The position numbers and the translations under genes were made by a program. The notes beneath the pieces are model-generated. The model saw nothing but the letters and a program-made list of their open reading frames with translations, was not told where the DNA came from and ran no database searches. 64,000 bases of DNA, taken from positions 45,713-109,712 of the forward strand of contig JAOAUC010000046.1 in NCBI GenBank assembly GCA_030157785.1, given 5' to 3'. This document shows positions 22,883 to 32,848 of this stretch, piece by piece. Origin of the DNA: Zoogloea oleivorans (GTDB lineage: Bacteria; Pseudomonadota; Gammaproteobacteria; Burkholderiales; Rhodocyclaceae). The first letter of the stretch is position 1. The number at the start of each line of letters is the position of its first letter.

Positions 22883-23731
22883 TTACATCGCGACGAGAGA
22901 CTGCCGGCCCCACCAGGATTCGCCGGCAGGCAGTTCCACCGGCTCACGCACGGCGGCGGCTTCCACACAGAGCATGTGACGGAAGCCGTCGGCGGGCATG
23001 TCGGCCAGATCCAGGCATTTGTGTTCCCACGGGTTCCAGATCACCACGTCCGGCATGTTTTCGGCGTGGATGCCCAGCGTCCGATGGTCTTCATGGACCA
23101 GCAGGGCAGGAGGCATGCCGTGGTAGATGCGGTCCACTTCTTCTTCGATCACCAGCTCGGCACCCATTTCCAGCTTCTGCGTGTCGCCGTCGGCGCTGTC
23201 GCGGTATTCCAGGCCGTGCAGGCCAGCAATGCGCACGGCTTCCACTTCCTTGACCTTCAGGTAGGTGTGCAGGGCGGCGGTGAAGCTGAACGGCGTGTCG
23301 CCCGTGTTTTCCACTTCGAATTCGATGTCCAGGCGCCCGCCGCCGATGGCGATGCTCATCTCGGCGGCGAAGGCGTGCGGCCACAGGGCGCGGGTGTCTT
23401 CGTTGTCCTGCAGGCGCAAGGTGACGAGGGTGAAGTCCTTCCCCGGGCGGGTATTGGCGACCGCCCACAACTGCTTTCGGGCAAAGCCGTGCTTGGGCAG
23501 CGTGCCGAGTTCGGCAAACTGGGGGAAGCACACCGGTACGCCGCCGCGGATGGCCGTTTCGCCGTCGAACACGGCCTTGGGGCTGAGATAGAGGCGGTCC
23601 TGGCCACCGGCGGGGGTCCACGACAGCACCTGGGCGCCGAACAGGCTGATGAGGGCGACGGCGCCATCGGGCGTTTGCAGCTTGATGACGGGCTGGCCGT
23701 GAAGCTCGGCCATTTCGATCTGGTCAGTCAT
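22883..23731 (-). CDS. D-hexose-6-phosphate mutarotase (YeaD-like)
   Basis: GAQVLSW, AIRGGVPVCFPQF, HGFAR, ALHTY, VVIWNPW, MLCVE. Confidence 0.92.
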   Translation of the reverse strand: MTDQIEMAELHGQPVIKLQTPDGAVALISLFGAQVLSWTPAGGQDRLYLSPKAVFDGETAIRGGVPVCFPQFAELGTLPKHGFARKQLWAVANTRPGKDFTLVTLRLQDNEDTRALWPHAFAAEMSIAIGGGRLDIEFEVENTGDTPFSFTAALHTYLKVKEVEAVRIAGLHGLEYRDSADGDTQKLEMGAELVIEEEVDRIYHGMPPALLVHEDHRTLGIHAENMPDVVIWNPWEHKCLDLADMPADGFRHMLCVEAAAVREPVELPAGESWWGRQSLVAM

Positions 23732-23750
23732 ATTTCCGGATAAGGCAGGA

Positions 23751-24341
23751 TTACAGAGGGCGCGATGATAGCGCGGCGACCTCGCCATGGCGGAAACAGT
23801 CGGTGGTGTGATCGTTCACCAGGCCGGCAGCCTGCATGAAGGCGTAGCAGATGGTGCTGCCGACGAAGCGGAAACCGCGCTTCTTGAGGTCTTTGCTCAG
23901 GGCGTCGGACAGCGGGGTGCTGGCCTGGGCATCCCTGAGGCTGGCGAGGGTGTTCTGGATGGGCCGGCCATCGACGAAGCGCCACAGGTATGCGTCGAAG
24001 CTGCCGAACTCGGCCTGCACGGCCAGAAAGGCGCGGGCGTTGCCGATGGTTGAAGATATCTTCAGGCGGTTGCGGACGATCCCCGGGTTGAGCATGAGGG
24101 TGGCCTGGTCCGCTTCGGTGAAGCGCGCAACCACGGCCGGGTCGAAGTTGGCAAAAGCGGCGCGGTAGTTGTCGCGCTTCTTCAGTACGGTGATCCACGA
24201 CAGCCCGGCCTGGGCGCCTTCGAGGGTGAGCAGCTCGAAAAGCGCCCGGTCGTCATGGAGCGGCACGCCCCACTCGGTGTCGTGGTAGGCCTGGTACAGG
24301 GCGTCTGCCCCGCACCAGGCGCAGCGAACTGGCTCCGCCAT
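23751..24341 (-). CDS. tag: DNA-3-methyladenine glycosylase I
   Basis: RCAW, YHDTEWG, LEGAQAGLSW, NDHTTDC. Confidence 0.95.
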   Translation of the reverse strand: MAEPVRCAWCGADALYQAYHDTEWGVPLHDDRALFELLTLEGAQAGLSWITVLKKRDNYRAAFANFDPAVVARFTEADQATLMLNPGIVRNRLKISSTIGNARAFLAVQAEFGSFDAYLWRFVDGRPIQNTLASLRDAQASTPLSDALSKDLKKRGFRFVGSTICYAFMQAAGLVNDHTTDCFRHGEVAALSSRPL

Positions 24342-27028
24342 CAGCCTTGCAGCGTCAGGATGCCGTGCTTGACGGTGTTGTCTTCCGGATCGTTGTGCAG
24401 AACGAAACCGAGGCTCTGGACGAACTTGAGCATGCGGTCATTGTTCGACAGGAACAGCCCGTTCATGCTGTGCAGACCACGGTCGCGGGCGGTTTCGATG
24501 AGCACGCCCATCAGCCGGCGGGCGAGGCCGCGGTGCTGCCAGTCCTCGGCGACAACGATGGCGAACTCGCAGGATTCGCCGTCCGGATTGACAGCATAGC
24601 GGGCCACCCCGATTTCAACCTCGACCCCGTCTTCTTCAATGATGGCGAGGAAGGCCATTTCCCGGTCGTAGTCGATCTGCGTCAGGCGCGCGACCATGGC
24701 GGGCGGTAGCTCGCGCATGGTGTTCATGAAGCGCAGGTACTTGGTCTCGGGCGATAGCTTGCGCACGAACTCGATTTCGAGTTCGGCGTCTTCCGGCTTG
24801 ATCGGGCGCACCAGGATCTCGCCTTCGGGCATGGAGATCTTGGTGATGAGGTGGGACGGGTAGGGATGGATCGCCATGTGGTCATAGCGGTCGGCGGTCG
24901 GGGCAATGTTGTCCACCGTGATGCGGGCATCCACGGCAACGGCGCCGTTCTCGTCCACGATCAGCGGGTTGATGTCCATCTCGCGAATCCACGGCAGCTC
25001 GCAGACCATTTCGGAGATGCGCAGCAGCACGAACTCCAGCGACTCCATGTTGATCGGCGGCATGTTGCGATATTCGCCGAGGAGGGTCGCCACGCGGGTG
25101 GACTTGATCAGGTCCTGCACCAGAAAGTTGTTCAGCGGCGGCAGGGCGACGGCGCGGTCGGCCTGGATTTCGACGTGGGCACCGCCCTCGCCGAAGGTGA
25201 TCACCGGGCCGAAGACCGGATCACGGAAGGCACCGACCATCAGTTCGCGGCCGTAGGGCTTGATGACCATCGGCTCGATGGCAACGCCGTTGATGATGGC
25301 ATCGGGGCGCTTCTTCTTCACCTCTTCCAGGATTTCCTGGTAGGCCGAACGTACTGCAGCCAGCCCGCGCAGGTTGAGGCGCACGCCGCCGGTGTCGGCC
25401 TTGTGGGTGATGGACGGGGAGTCGATCTTCATGGCCACCGGCAGGCCGAGTTCTTCGGCGAGCACCATGGCTTCGGTGGCGGAGCGGGCCACCACGGTTT
25501 GCGCGATGGGAATCCGGAAGGCCGCCAGCAGGGCCTTGGATTCCATCTCGTTGAGGTTCTTGCGGCGCTCGGAGAGGGCCGTTTCGATGACCAGGCGGGC
25601 GCTTTCGACCGACGGGGGGTTGAGGTCGGACGACAGGGATGCGGGCGTCTGCACCAGCAGCTTCTGGTTGCGGTAGTAGGCGGAGATGTGGCCGAACAGC
25701 TCGACGGCGGGCTCGGTGGTGCGGAAGGTGGGGATGCCGGCCGCTTCGAAGAGCTTGCGCCCTTCGCGGACCTGCTCTTCACCCATCCAGCAGGTAAATA
25801 CCGGCTTGTCGGCGGTGCGCTCGATCTCGATGACCCTCTGGGCGACTTCGGTCGGGCGGGTCATGGCCTGCGGACACAGGATGGTCAGCACGCCTTCGAC
25901 GTTTTCGTCGGCCAGCACGATCTCCATGGTCTTGCCGTAACGCTCGGGGTCGGCGTCGCCAATGATGTCCACCGGGTTGGTGTGCGACCAGTTGGCCGGC
26001 AGGATTTCGTTGAGCTTGGCGATGGTGGCATCGGTGAGCTTGGCCATCGGGATGCGCAGGTCGGCAGCCCGGTCGGCGGCCATCACGCCCGGCCCGCCAC
26101 CGTTGGTGATCACGGCGAGGCGGTTGCCACGGGGACGGAAATGGGAGAACAGGGCGTTGGCGGCGGCGAACAGCTGGCCGAGGGTGTACAGGCGGATGAC
26201 GCCGGCACGCCGCAGGGCGGCATCGAAGACTGCGTCCTCGCCAACCATGGCACCGGAGTGCAGCAGCGCGGCCTGGGATCCGGCCGGGTGGCGACCGACC
26301 TTGATCAGCAGCACCGGCTTGACGCGGGCGGCAGCGCGCAGGGCGCTGACGAAGCGGCGCGCGTCCTTGATGCCTTCGACGTACAGGAAGATGCTTTCGG
26401 TGCGGGAGTCCGACACCATGTATTCGAGGACTTCACCGAAGTCCACATCCACCGAGGTGCCGAGGGACACGACGGACGAGAAGCCCACGTTGTTCGGCCG
26501 TGCCCAGTCGAGGATCGCCGAACAGAGGGCGCCGGACTGGGAGATCAGGCCGATGGAGCCCTTGATGGCACCGCCGTCGGCAAAGCTGGCATTGAGGCCG
26601 AGTTCGGGGCGCAGTACGCCCAGGCAGTTGGGGCCAAGCAAACGGATGCGGTGGCGGCGGGCGTTCTCGACGGTGTTCTTCTCGAGCATCTTGCCGCGCG
26701 GGCCGTTGTCGGAGAAGCCCGACGGCAGCACGACGACCGACTTGGTGCCGGCGCGACCACAGGCGTCGACGATGGCCGGTACGCGATCGGCCTTGGTGGT
26801 GATCACGGCCAGGTCGAGGCGCTGGGGAATGTCCTCGACGCTCTTGTAACAGGGCACGCCCAGCACGGTTTCGTACTTGGGGTTCACGGCGAACAGCTTG
26901 CCCTTGAATCCTGCCTCCAGCATGTTGCGGACGAGGATGTTGCCCAAGGAGAACTCGCGTTCGCTGGCGCCGATGATGGCCACGGAGCGGGGCTCGAAGA
27001 GAGGCGTGAGGTAGTGCTGTTCGTTCAT
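24341..27028 (-). CDS. Bifunctional acyl-CoA synthetase-like / GNAT protein acetyltransferase (Pat/YfiQ family)
   Basis: LFEPRSVAIIGAS, LGPNCLG, SQSGAL, TNGGGPG, ATP-grasp region, C-terminal GNAT (QIDYDREMAF, WQHRGLA). Confidence 0.92.
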   Translation of the reverse strand: MNEQHYLTPLFEPRSVAIIGASEREFSLGNILVRNMLEAGFKGKLFAVNPKYETVLGVPCYKSVEDIPQRLDLAVITTKADRVPAIVDACGRAGTKSVVVLPSGFSDNGPRGKMLEKNTVENARRHRIRLLGPNCLGVLRPELGLNASFADGGAIKGSIGLISQSGALCSAILDWARPNNVGFSSVVSLGTSVDVDFGEVLEYMVSDSRTESIFLYVEGIKDARRFVSALRAAARVKPVLLIKVGRHPAGSQAALLHSGAMVGEDAVFDAALRRAGVIRLYTLGQLFAAANALFSHFRPRGNRLAVITNGGGPGVMAADRAADLRIPMAKLTDATIAKLNEILPANWSHTNPVDIIGDADPERYGKTMEIVLADENVEGVLTILCPQAMTRPTEVAQRVIEIERTADKPVFTCWMGEEQVREGRKLFEAAGIPTFRTTEPAVELFGHISAYYRNQKLLVQTPASLSSDLNPPSVESARLVIETALSERRKNLNEMESKALLAAFRIPIAQTVVARSATEAMVLAEELGLPVAMKIDSPSITHKADTGGVRLNLRGLAAVRSAYQEILEEVKKKRPDAIINGVAIEPMVIKPYGRELMVGAFRDPVFGPVITFGEGGAHVEIQADRAVALPPLNNFLVQDLIKSTRVATLLGEYRNMPPINMESLEFVLLRISEMVCELPWIREMDINPLIVDENGAVAVDARITVDNIAPTADRYDHMAIHPYPSHLITKISMPEGEILVRPIKPEDAELEIEFVRKLSPETKYLRFMNTMRELPPAMVARLTQIDYDREMAFLAIIEEDGVEVEIGVARYAVNPDGESCEFAIVVAEDWQHRGLARRLMGVLIETARDRGLHSMNGLFLSNNDRMLKFVQSLGFVLHNDPEDNTVKHGILTLQG

Positions 27029-27250
27029 GATGAGTACTCGAGTGAGTGCAATTCGTGCGGCTATTGTGCTGCCGTTGTCACGGGATCGTCAGCCGTTTGG
27101 GGTCGGGCGGATTTTAACCCGCAAGGATGAGGCCACGCATACGTATAAGTACCGACATATTGCGCTGCACAACTTCTCCTGTGACTTATATCAAGGCTTG
27201 TGTATTCAGAGTGTTGCACGGCGGCAACGGATTTGTGTCAACGCAACGCT

Positions 27251-30127
27251 TCAGTGGCTGAGAGTGAAGAAAAAGCTCGCGCCTTCTTCTGGCGTGGACA
27301 TCGCCCATACCTGTCCTTCATGACGCTGGATGACCCGCTGGACGGTGGCCAGACCGATGCCGGTGCCGGCAAATTCGCTGATCCCGTGCAGGCGGTGGAA
27401 GGGCAGGAACAGCTTGGAGGCGAAGCTCATGTCGAAGCCGGCACCGTTGTCGGAGACGCAATAGACGATCTGGCGGTCGCGCAGCTCGGCGTGGAAACGA
27501 ATCTGGGCCACTTCCCGGCGGCTGGTGAATTTCCAGGCGTTGCGCAGCAGGTTGTCGAGGGCGACGCGGATCAGCGCCCGGTCGGCAGCGGCGAACAAAT
27601 CGGGCTCGACGTGGCTTTCTACGCGGCGCCCGGGGTCTTCCTGGTGCAGTTCGGCAAGGATCTGCTCGACGATCTGGCTGAGGTTTACCTGTTCGCGCTT
27701 CATGGTCTGGCGGGTCAGGCGGGCCAGATCGATAAGGTCGTCGATGAGGCGGGCCATGCGCTGGGTGGCGACGCGGATGCGCTGGAGGTATTCGCGGCCG
27801 GTTTCGTCCAGGCGTGGTGCGTAATCCTCGGAGACTATCTGGGCAAAGCCGTCGATGGCCCGCAGCGGCGCGCGCAGATCGTGGGAGACCGAGTAGGAGA
27901 AGGCTTCCAGCTCGCGGTTGGAGGCTTCCAGTTCGGCCGTGCGCACCCGTACACGGGCTTCGAGCTCGCGGTTCAGGTTGTGCTGCGACTGCTCGGCTTC
28001 CTTGCGGGCCGTGATGTCGTCGAGCGTGCCGGAGCTGCCGACCACGCGGTCGTAGGTGTCGAGCAGCGGGCGAATCGTGGCTTCCATCCAGCGCGGCCCG
28101 TCCGACTGGGTGCGCAGGCGGAATTCGAACTGGCCGATTTCGTCGTAGCCATTGCGGATCGCCCGCAGGCGTTGCTCGACGCGCACCCGGTCTTCATCGA
28201 CGACGAATTCGAGCAGGTTCTGGCCGATGGACAGGCGGCTGTCGAAGCCGGTGGTGTGGCGCCAGGCCCGGTTGAGAAAGCTCACCCGGCCGTCGTTGTC
28301 GGTCTGGAAAAGGATCTCGTTGACCGACTCGACCACGTCCCGGTACATGGCCCGACTCTCGCGCAGAACCTGCTCGGCCGACAGCCAGCGGGCCACGTCG
28401 CGCAGTACGTAGAGCACCGCGGGCCGGCCTTCGAAACGCATGCGTACGCCAGTGGCCTCGGCGCTGATCGATTCGCCGTCGAGGCGCTGGTAGCGCAGGG
28501 GCAGCGGCGGCAGGACCGGTTGATGCGGGGCGGCCTCGAACTGCGCCAGTCGGGCGGCCTCCATGGCCCGGTCGTCCGGATGGACGAGGGACAACATGTC
28601 GATTCCGTCGAGGGCGTGGGGCTCTGTTGCGCCAAAGAGCTGGCGCGAGGCGGCATTGACCAGGTGGATGCGGCCGCCGATGCACACCAGGGTGGCTTCG
28701 GGCGACAGCTCGAACAGCTGGCGATAGCGCTCCTCGCCGGCCCGGCGGCTGTCGAGGGTGTTGCGGATGGTCGAGACGTCCTCAATGACCACCACGAAGC
28801 AAGGTGGCGAACCGATGTGGCCCGGGATGAGTCGGGTCGACTCCCGGCACCACTGCAGGCTGCCGTCGGCGCCGAGGCAGCGGACTTCCCGGGTGAAATG
28901 GTCTGCCTCGCCCGCGATGCAGCGGGCTCGCAGGGCCTGGCCACTTGCCGCATCCTCGGCCTGGAGCATCGCATCGACCGGCGTGCCGGCGAGTTTTTCA
29001 GCGGGGTGGCCGAGGAAAGCGGCGAGCGCAGCGCTGACCTCCAGCCAGCGGTCGTCGGCCGAGATGCATCCGATGTTCAGCGGGGCCCTGTCGAACAAGG
29101 CACGAAAGTGCGCTTCGTCCTGCTGCAGGCGCTCGCGGGCCTCGATTTCGCCGGTGACGTTGCGGGTGCTGCCGCAATAGCCGGCAAATACGCCGCGCCG
29201 GTCGAACACCGGTATGCCGGATTCACTCAGCCAGATCGTTCGGCCCTTGCTGTCGAGGCGCTTGAAGATGAAGTTCGAAAAGGGTTCGATCTGCCGCAGG
29301 TGGGCGATGTGTTCGGCCCACGGCGTTGCTGTCGGCGCCACGTTCGGCAGGTCCCAGCGCCGGCTGCCGATGCAGTCTTCGGCGGCGAGGTCGGCGAGAT
29401 GGCCCGAGCTGGCGGTGATGGCGGTGTAGCGCAGGTCGGCGTCCTGCTCCCAGTAGCCGTCGGTGCTGTAGGCGATCAGGGCGTGGATGCGTTCCTCGTT
29501 GCGCTCCAGGTCATCGGTAAGGCGGGCCTTGTCGGTGACTTCCCGTCCGATGCCGCGGTAGCCCTGAAAGCGTCCGGCGGCGTCGAATATCGGACGGCCG
29601 CGCAGTTCCAGGTAGCGGGTCTCGCCGCTCGGGCTGCGCCGGGTCAGGATTACGGCGACGAGCCCGTGGCGGGCGAGGATGTCCCTGTGGGCGATCGCGA
29701 AATCGGCGGGCAGCTCCGGGATGATGACTTCCTCCCAGGTCAGGCCTACCGCAGCCTGAGGCGCGATGCTGGGTATCGCGGGGGCGCCGGGAAGGGCGAT
29801 GAAACGCAGGTCGGCATCGGTTTCCCACAGCCAGTCGGCCGATACCTCGACGAAGTCCCGCCAGCGCGTGGTGAGCGGGGCAGGCGTCGCTGGCGGCGCG
29901 TCGGCCGCTGCGTCATGCTGGCGCCGGCGCAGCACGCCGAACAGCATACCGACGACAAGTCCGCCGAGGCCTCCCAGCAAGTAAGGAAGGGCCGCCTGCA
30001 GCAGGGCGCCAGTTTCGGCCTCTGCGGCCAACCCCGCCAGAACATCAGGCGAGCGCAAACCGCCGGTGATGAGCAGGCTGGGAAGAACTGCTGTTCGAAG
30101 CAGCGAGGCGGCAGAGCGGAAAACCAT
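27251..30127 (-). CDS. Multi-PAS sensor histidine kinase
   Basis: Several PAS/PAC repeats; FSYSVSHDLRAPLR, DNGAGF, GTGIGLA. Confidence 0.9.
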   Translation of the reverse strand: MVFRSAASLLRTAVLPSLLITGGLRSPDVLAGLAAEAETGALLQAALPYLLGGLGGLVVGMLFGVLRRRQHDAAADAPPATPAPLTTRWRDFVEVSADWLWETDADLRFIALPGAPAIPSIAPQAAVGLTWEEVIIPELPADFAIAHRDILARHGLVAVILTRRSPSGETRYLELRGRPIFDAAGRFQGYRGIGREVTDKARLTDDLERNEERIHALIAYSTDGYWEQDADLRYTAITASSGHLADLAAEDCIGSRRWDLPNVAPTATPWAEHIAHLRQIEPFSNFIFKRLDSKGRTIWLSESGIPVFDRRGVFAGYCGSTRNVTGEIEARERLQQDEAHFRALFDRAPLNIGCISADDRWLEVSAALAAFLGHPAEKLAGTPVDAMLQAEDAASGQALRARCIAGEADHFTREVRCLGADGSLQWCRESTRLIPGHIGSPPCFVVVIEDVSTIRNTLDSRRAGEERYRQLFELSPEATLVCIGGRIHLVNAASRQLFGATEPHALDGIDMLSLVHPDDRAMEAARLAQFEAAPHQPVLPPLPLRYQRLDGESISAEATGVRMRFEGRPAVLYVLRDVARWLSAEQVLRESRAMYRDVVESVNEILFQTDNDGRVSFLNRAWRHTTGFDSRLSIGQNLLEFVVDEDRVRVEQRLRAIRNGYDEIGQFEFRLRTQSDGPRWMEATIRPLLDTYDRVVGSSGTLDDITARKEAEQSQHNLNRELEARVRVRTAELEASNRELEAFSYSVSHDLRAPLRAIDGFAQIVSEDYAPRLDETGREYLQRIRVATQRMARLIDDLIDLARLTRQTMKREQVNLSQIVEQILAELHQEDPGRRVESHVEPDLFAAADRALIRVALDNLLRNAWKFTSRREVAQIRFHAELRDRQIVYCVSDNGAGFDMSFASKLFLPFHRLHGISEFAGTGIGLATVQRVIQRHEGQVWAMSTPEEGASFFFTLSH

Positions 30128-30265
30128 CGGGGCGTATTATCGTTCCGGGCAGTACTTTTGGTGCAGTTCCGACGGTGGCTGACCATGTGCATTGACACGG
30201 TGGCCGCAAAATTGTTTGCTGTCTTCGGTGGTTTTCAGAAAACTGAACTTTTGTGCCAATTTTAT

Positions 30266-30294
30266 TTGACGAGTCACGAATAGGTGCGTAATAT
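30266..30294 (+). promoter_or_regulatory. Sigma70-like promoter of the tRNA operon
   Basis: TTGACG-17 bp-TAATAT followed by a GC-rich discriminator, just upstream of tRNA-Pro. Confidence 0.7.
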
Positions 30295-30304
30295 TCGCCG
30301 CTCT

Positions 30305-30381
30305 CGGGGTGTAGCGCAGTCCGGTAGCGCGCTTGCTTTGGGAGCAAGATGTCGGGAGTTCGAATCTCTCCACCCCGACCA
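30305..30381 (+). tRNA. tRNA-Pro(TGG)
   Basis: CGGGGTGTAGCGCAG...CTTGCTTTGGGAGCAAG...GTTCGAATC...CACCCCGACCA. Confidence 0.95.
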
Positions 30382-30407
30382 AGGCTTCATCCCGTGCCCG
30401 CGGCAAT

Positions 30408-30481
30408 CTGCCCGTAGCTCAACTGGATAGAGCACCGGCCTTCTAAGCCGGGGGTTACAGGTTCGATTCCTGTCGGGCAGG
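30408..30481 (+). tRNA. tRNA-Arg(TCT), CCA not encoded
   Basis: CTGCCCGTAGCTCAACTGGATAGAGC-CCGGC CTTCTAA GCCGG-...GGTTCGATTCC..CGGGCAGG. Confidence 0.93.
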
Positions 30482-30529
30482 CTCTGACAAAAGTTTTACG
30501 GTTGGCGACGCAAGTCGATAACCCGCAGT

Positions 30530-30606
30530 GGCGGCATTAGCTCAGTTGGTAGAGCACTGGATTGTGATTCCAGTGGTCACCGGTTCGAACCCGGTATGTC
30601 GCCCCA
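30530..30606 (+). tRNA. tRNA-His(GTG), probable integration site
   Basis: G-1, GCGGCAT/ATGTCGC acceptor stem, anticodon loop TTGTGAT, CCA end. Confidence 0.95.
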
Positions 30607-30634
30607 ACAATTCAAGCACTTAGCGCAGGTTTGC

Positions 30635-30670
30635 AGTAAGCGCGAAAGCTGCAGTAAGCGCATAGTAAGC
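30635..30670 (+). repeat. Left putative integrase arm-type repeats (AGTAAGC x3)
   Basis: agtaagc at 30635, 30653 and 30664, after an IHF-like ATTCAAGCACTTA. Confidence 0.65.
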
Positions 30671-30674
30671 ACCA

Positions 30675-30700
30675 CGAAGCCCGCCTCCGAGCGGGCTTCG
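30675..30700. terminator. Hairpin / probable terminator downstream of the tRNA operon
   Basis: CGAAGCCCGC-ctccga-GCGGGCTTCG perfect 10-bp stem. Confidence 0.6.
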
Positions 30701-30785
30701 GTGCGTTCACGCGTCCTCGATCTCGTTCCTCGCATAGAAAAATGCTTGGGTGGTGTCGTATGAGACGACCTGAAACCGATCTATA

Positions 30786-30801
30786 CTGTATTTTTGTATA
30801 G
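30786..30801 (+). promoter_or_regulatory. LexA (SOS) box-like site
   Basis: CTGT-ATTTTTGT-ATAG, one mismatch to CTGT-N8-ACAG, directly upstream of the SRAP operon. Confidence 0.6.
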
Positions 30802-30804
30802 CAC

Positions 30805-31155
30805 TTGGTGTTTGTCGTGTTCCTCCACATCCGCCTCCTTCGCAAAGGCGGTCGCCCCATCCCCGACCATGAAGCCAATCGGCCCGAATATCGGTTTACG
30901 GGCGACATGACCACGATGGGCAGCCGATTCGAGCTTCGGAGATGCTCCGGGCCGGTAGGTGACCCGGTAGCCGTGCTTTATGAGGTCAAGATTCTGTCCA
31001 TTTGTGGTGACGTGATGCGCCTTCGGGGGTACGAGGAGCACAACGGTGCGGGGGTTCTCCAGGAGTGGGAGTGCAAGCCTGTAGGGCATAGAATTGGCCT
31101 GCACGGCTACCTTGAGTGGGACATGGAAGAGCGTGGCGGGCGTCATGCCTGGTGA
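30805..31155 (+). CDS. Hypothetical protein (first gene of a putative SOS-regulated pair)
   Basis: 116-aa ORF between the SOS box and the SRAP gene; start uncertain. Confidence 0.5.
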   Translation: MVFVVFLHIRLLRKGGRPIPDHEANRPEYRFTGDMTTMGSRFELRRCSGPVGDPVAVLYEVKILSICGDVMRLRGYEEHNGAGVLQEWECKPVGHRIGLHGYLEWDMEERGGRHAW

Positions 31156-31194
31156 CCACTCTCGTTTGTGGGCTGTCTGTCGTAAGCTTGCCGC

Positions 31195-31842
31195 ATGTGC
31201 TCGAACTACGTCCCCTCGGCCCGCCAGCAGCTCATGGGCTTCGACCTTCCCCCTCCGGATTTCTCTTACGGCGAGGCGTACCCGGGCCTGACCGTCCCCG
31301 TCGTGACCAACTTCGCCCCGCGCTTGTGGGTGCCGGCTTGCTTCGGTCTGGTGCCGGCATGGGCGACGGATGCGAAGATTGTTCGGTCCACCTACAACGC
31401 CAGGTCGGAGACCGTCGGGGAGAAGCCATCCTTTCGCGATGCGTGGAGGCGCGGGCAGCTCTGCATCATTCCCGCCGACGCCATCTTCGAGCCGTGCTAC
31501 GAGACGGGCAAGGCCGTTCGCTGGCGGATCGAGCGCGCCGACGGCCGACCAATGGGGATTGCGGGAATCTGGGAGCGGCGGGTGAAAGACGACTGCCTGC
31601 CGGCCTGGTCCATGTCCATGCTGACGATCAATGCGGACGGGCACCCGATCATGGGGCGCATGCACAAGCCCGGGGACGAAAAGCGCTCGGTGGTGATCCT
31701 GCCGGATCGCAGCTGGGGCGACTGGCTGCGGGCGAAGTCGGAGGCAGCGGCGCGGGGCATGCTCACGCCGGCTGCAGTTGATCTTCTGCGGGCTCGGGCT
31801 GATCCGTTGCCGGGACGTCATGCGACGGGCTCCCTTTTCTGA
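31195..31842 (+). CDS. SOS response-associated peptidase (SRAP/YedK/HMCES family)
   Basis: N-terminal MC, FGLVPAW, YNARSETVGEKPSFR, IFEP, AGIWE, MLTINA..H. Confidence 0.9.
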   Translation: MCSNYVPSARQQLMGFDLPPPDFSYGEAYPGLTVPVVTNFAPRLWVPACFGLVPAWATDAKIVRSTYNARSETVGEKPSFRDAWRRGQLCIIPADAIFEPCYETGKAVRWRIERADGRPMGIAGIWERRVKDDCLPAWSMSMLTINADGHPIMGRMHKPGDEKRSVVILPDRSWGDWLRAKSEAAARGMLTPAAVDLLRARADPLPGRHATGSLF

Positions 31843-32785
31843 GTGCCGAAAGCAGGGAGGTCACGTACCGCTCTGTCCCGAAAACAAACTGCATCAGCAT
31901 GACCACCTGTCGGGGCAGGTCTCGTCCCATTTCATACCTCGCCCCACCTGATTGGGTCGTCATTATTCGCCCCCAGAACACGGCCTGGGTCAATCCAAGG
32001 CTCTGGCGCAGGGCCTTCGCGCCCTCACCCGTAGCGGCAGCTTTCAGCGCCTGCTGCGTTGGCCCGGGACTCTCTGGCAAGCCATGGCGCAGATCCTTGA
32101 GCAACGCCAAGGCCTCGCGTTGGGTGCCGAAGGCGAGCCGGAGCAAGGTCAGCGCCGGCTTGGGGATTCCACGCCCAGACTCATACCGACTCGCTGCGGA
32201 CTGTGTGACTTGGATGGTTCCCCAAAATCGGCCTTGGCTGAGCCCCCGCCTTTTGCGCAGCGCTCTGAAGCTCTCCAAGATCACAGGGTTGGGCGTCCGA
32301 CGCTTGGAGGACTTCGCGATCTGCGGCAGCCCGTCGACTTCCGGTTCATCCTCGAGCAGTTCGGTGTCCGCGTGCGAGTAGGCCGGCGAGCAGCAGCAGA
32401 GGATGCGTAGCGGTGTCGGGCCGATGGTCTCAATGCAATGGGGTGTTCCGGGCGCAATGCAGATGGTATCCCCCGTTTTCACTGGAAACGTGTCCTCGCC
32501 CAAGGCCATCCGACCGCGCCCGCCAGTGACGTGATACAGCTCTTCCGTCTTGTGGTGCCGATGCAGGAGGGTCCGCTTTCCCGTCGGAATGGTGGCATGC
32601 GCCAGGCTCTGGGCCTGGTTTCCATGCACTGTTGGATGCATCAGTTCGCGGATTGTCGATCCGTCCTTGGTTCTGTAGGTCGGCATGCCGTCATAGGGCT
32701 GCACGCATTTTGGCGCCCCCATATCAATCACGGTGCTGTCCGCCTGGGGCTCCTGCCCGGTCCTTGTCTTCTGCATGTGCGCCAT
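31763..32785 (-). CDS. Cupin domain fused to two RsaL-like XRE HTH domains
   Basis: TKDGSTIRELMHP..LHRHHKTEELY cupin; two copies of GLS/TQ.xFW....TQS..xRYE.GR. Confidence 0.75.
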   Translation of the reverse strand: MAHMQKTRTGQEPQADSTVIDMGAPKCVQPYDGMPTYRTKDGSTIRELMHPTVHGNQAQSLAHATIPTGKRTLLHRHHKTEELYHVTGGRGRMALGEDTFPVKTGDTICIAPGTPHCIETIGPTPLRILCCCSPAYSHADTELLEDEPEVDGLPQIAKSSKRRTPNPVILESFRALRKRRGLSQGRFWGTIQVTQSAASRYESGRGIPKPALTLLRLAFGTQREALALLKDLRHGLPESPGPTQQALKAAATGEGAKALRQSLGLTQAVFWGRIMTTQSGGARYEMGRDLPRQVVMLMQFVFGTERYVTSLLSALRKGSPSHDVPATDQPEPAEDQLQPA

Positions 32786-32848
32786 CCAAGAAAATGCAAT
32801 TGTATTTTCTGAAAGATATCCGACTGTAGAAGGAAGCTCAAGCCAGGA

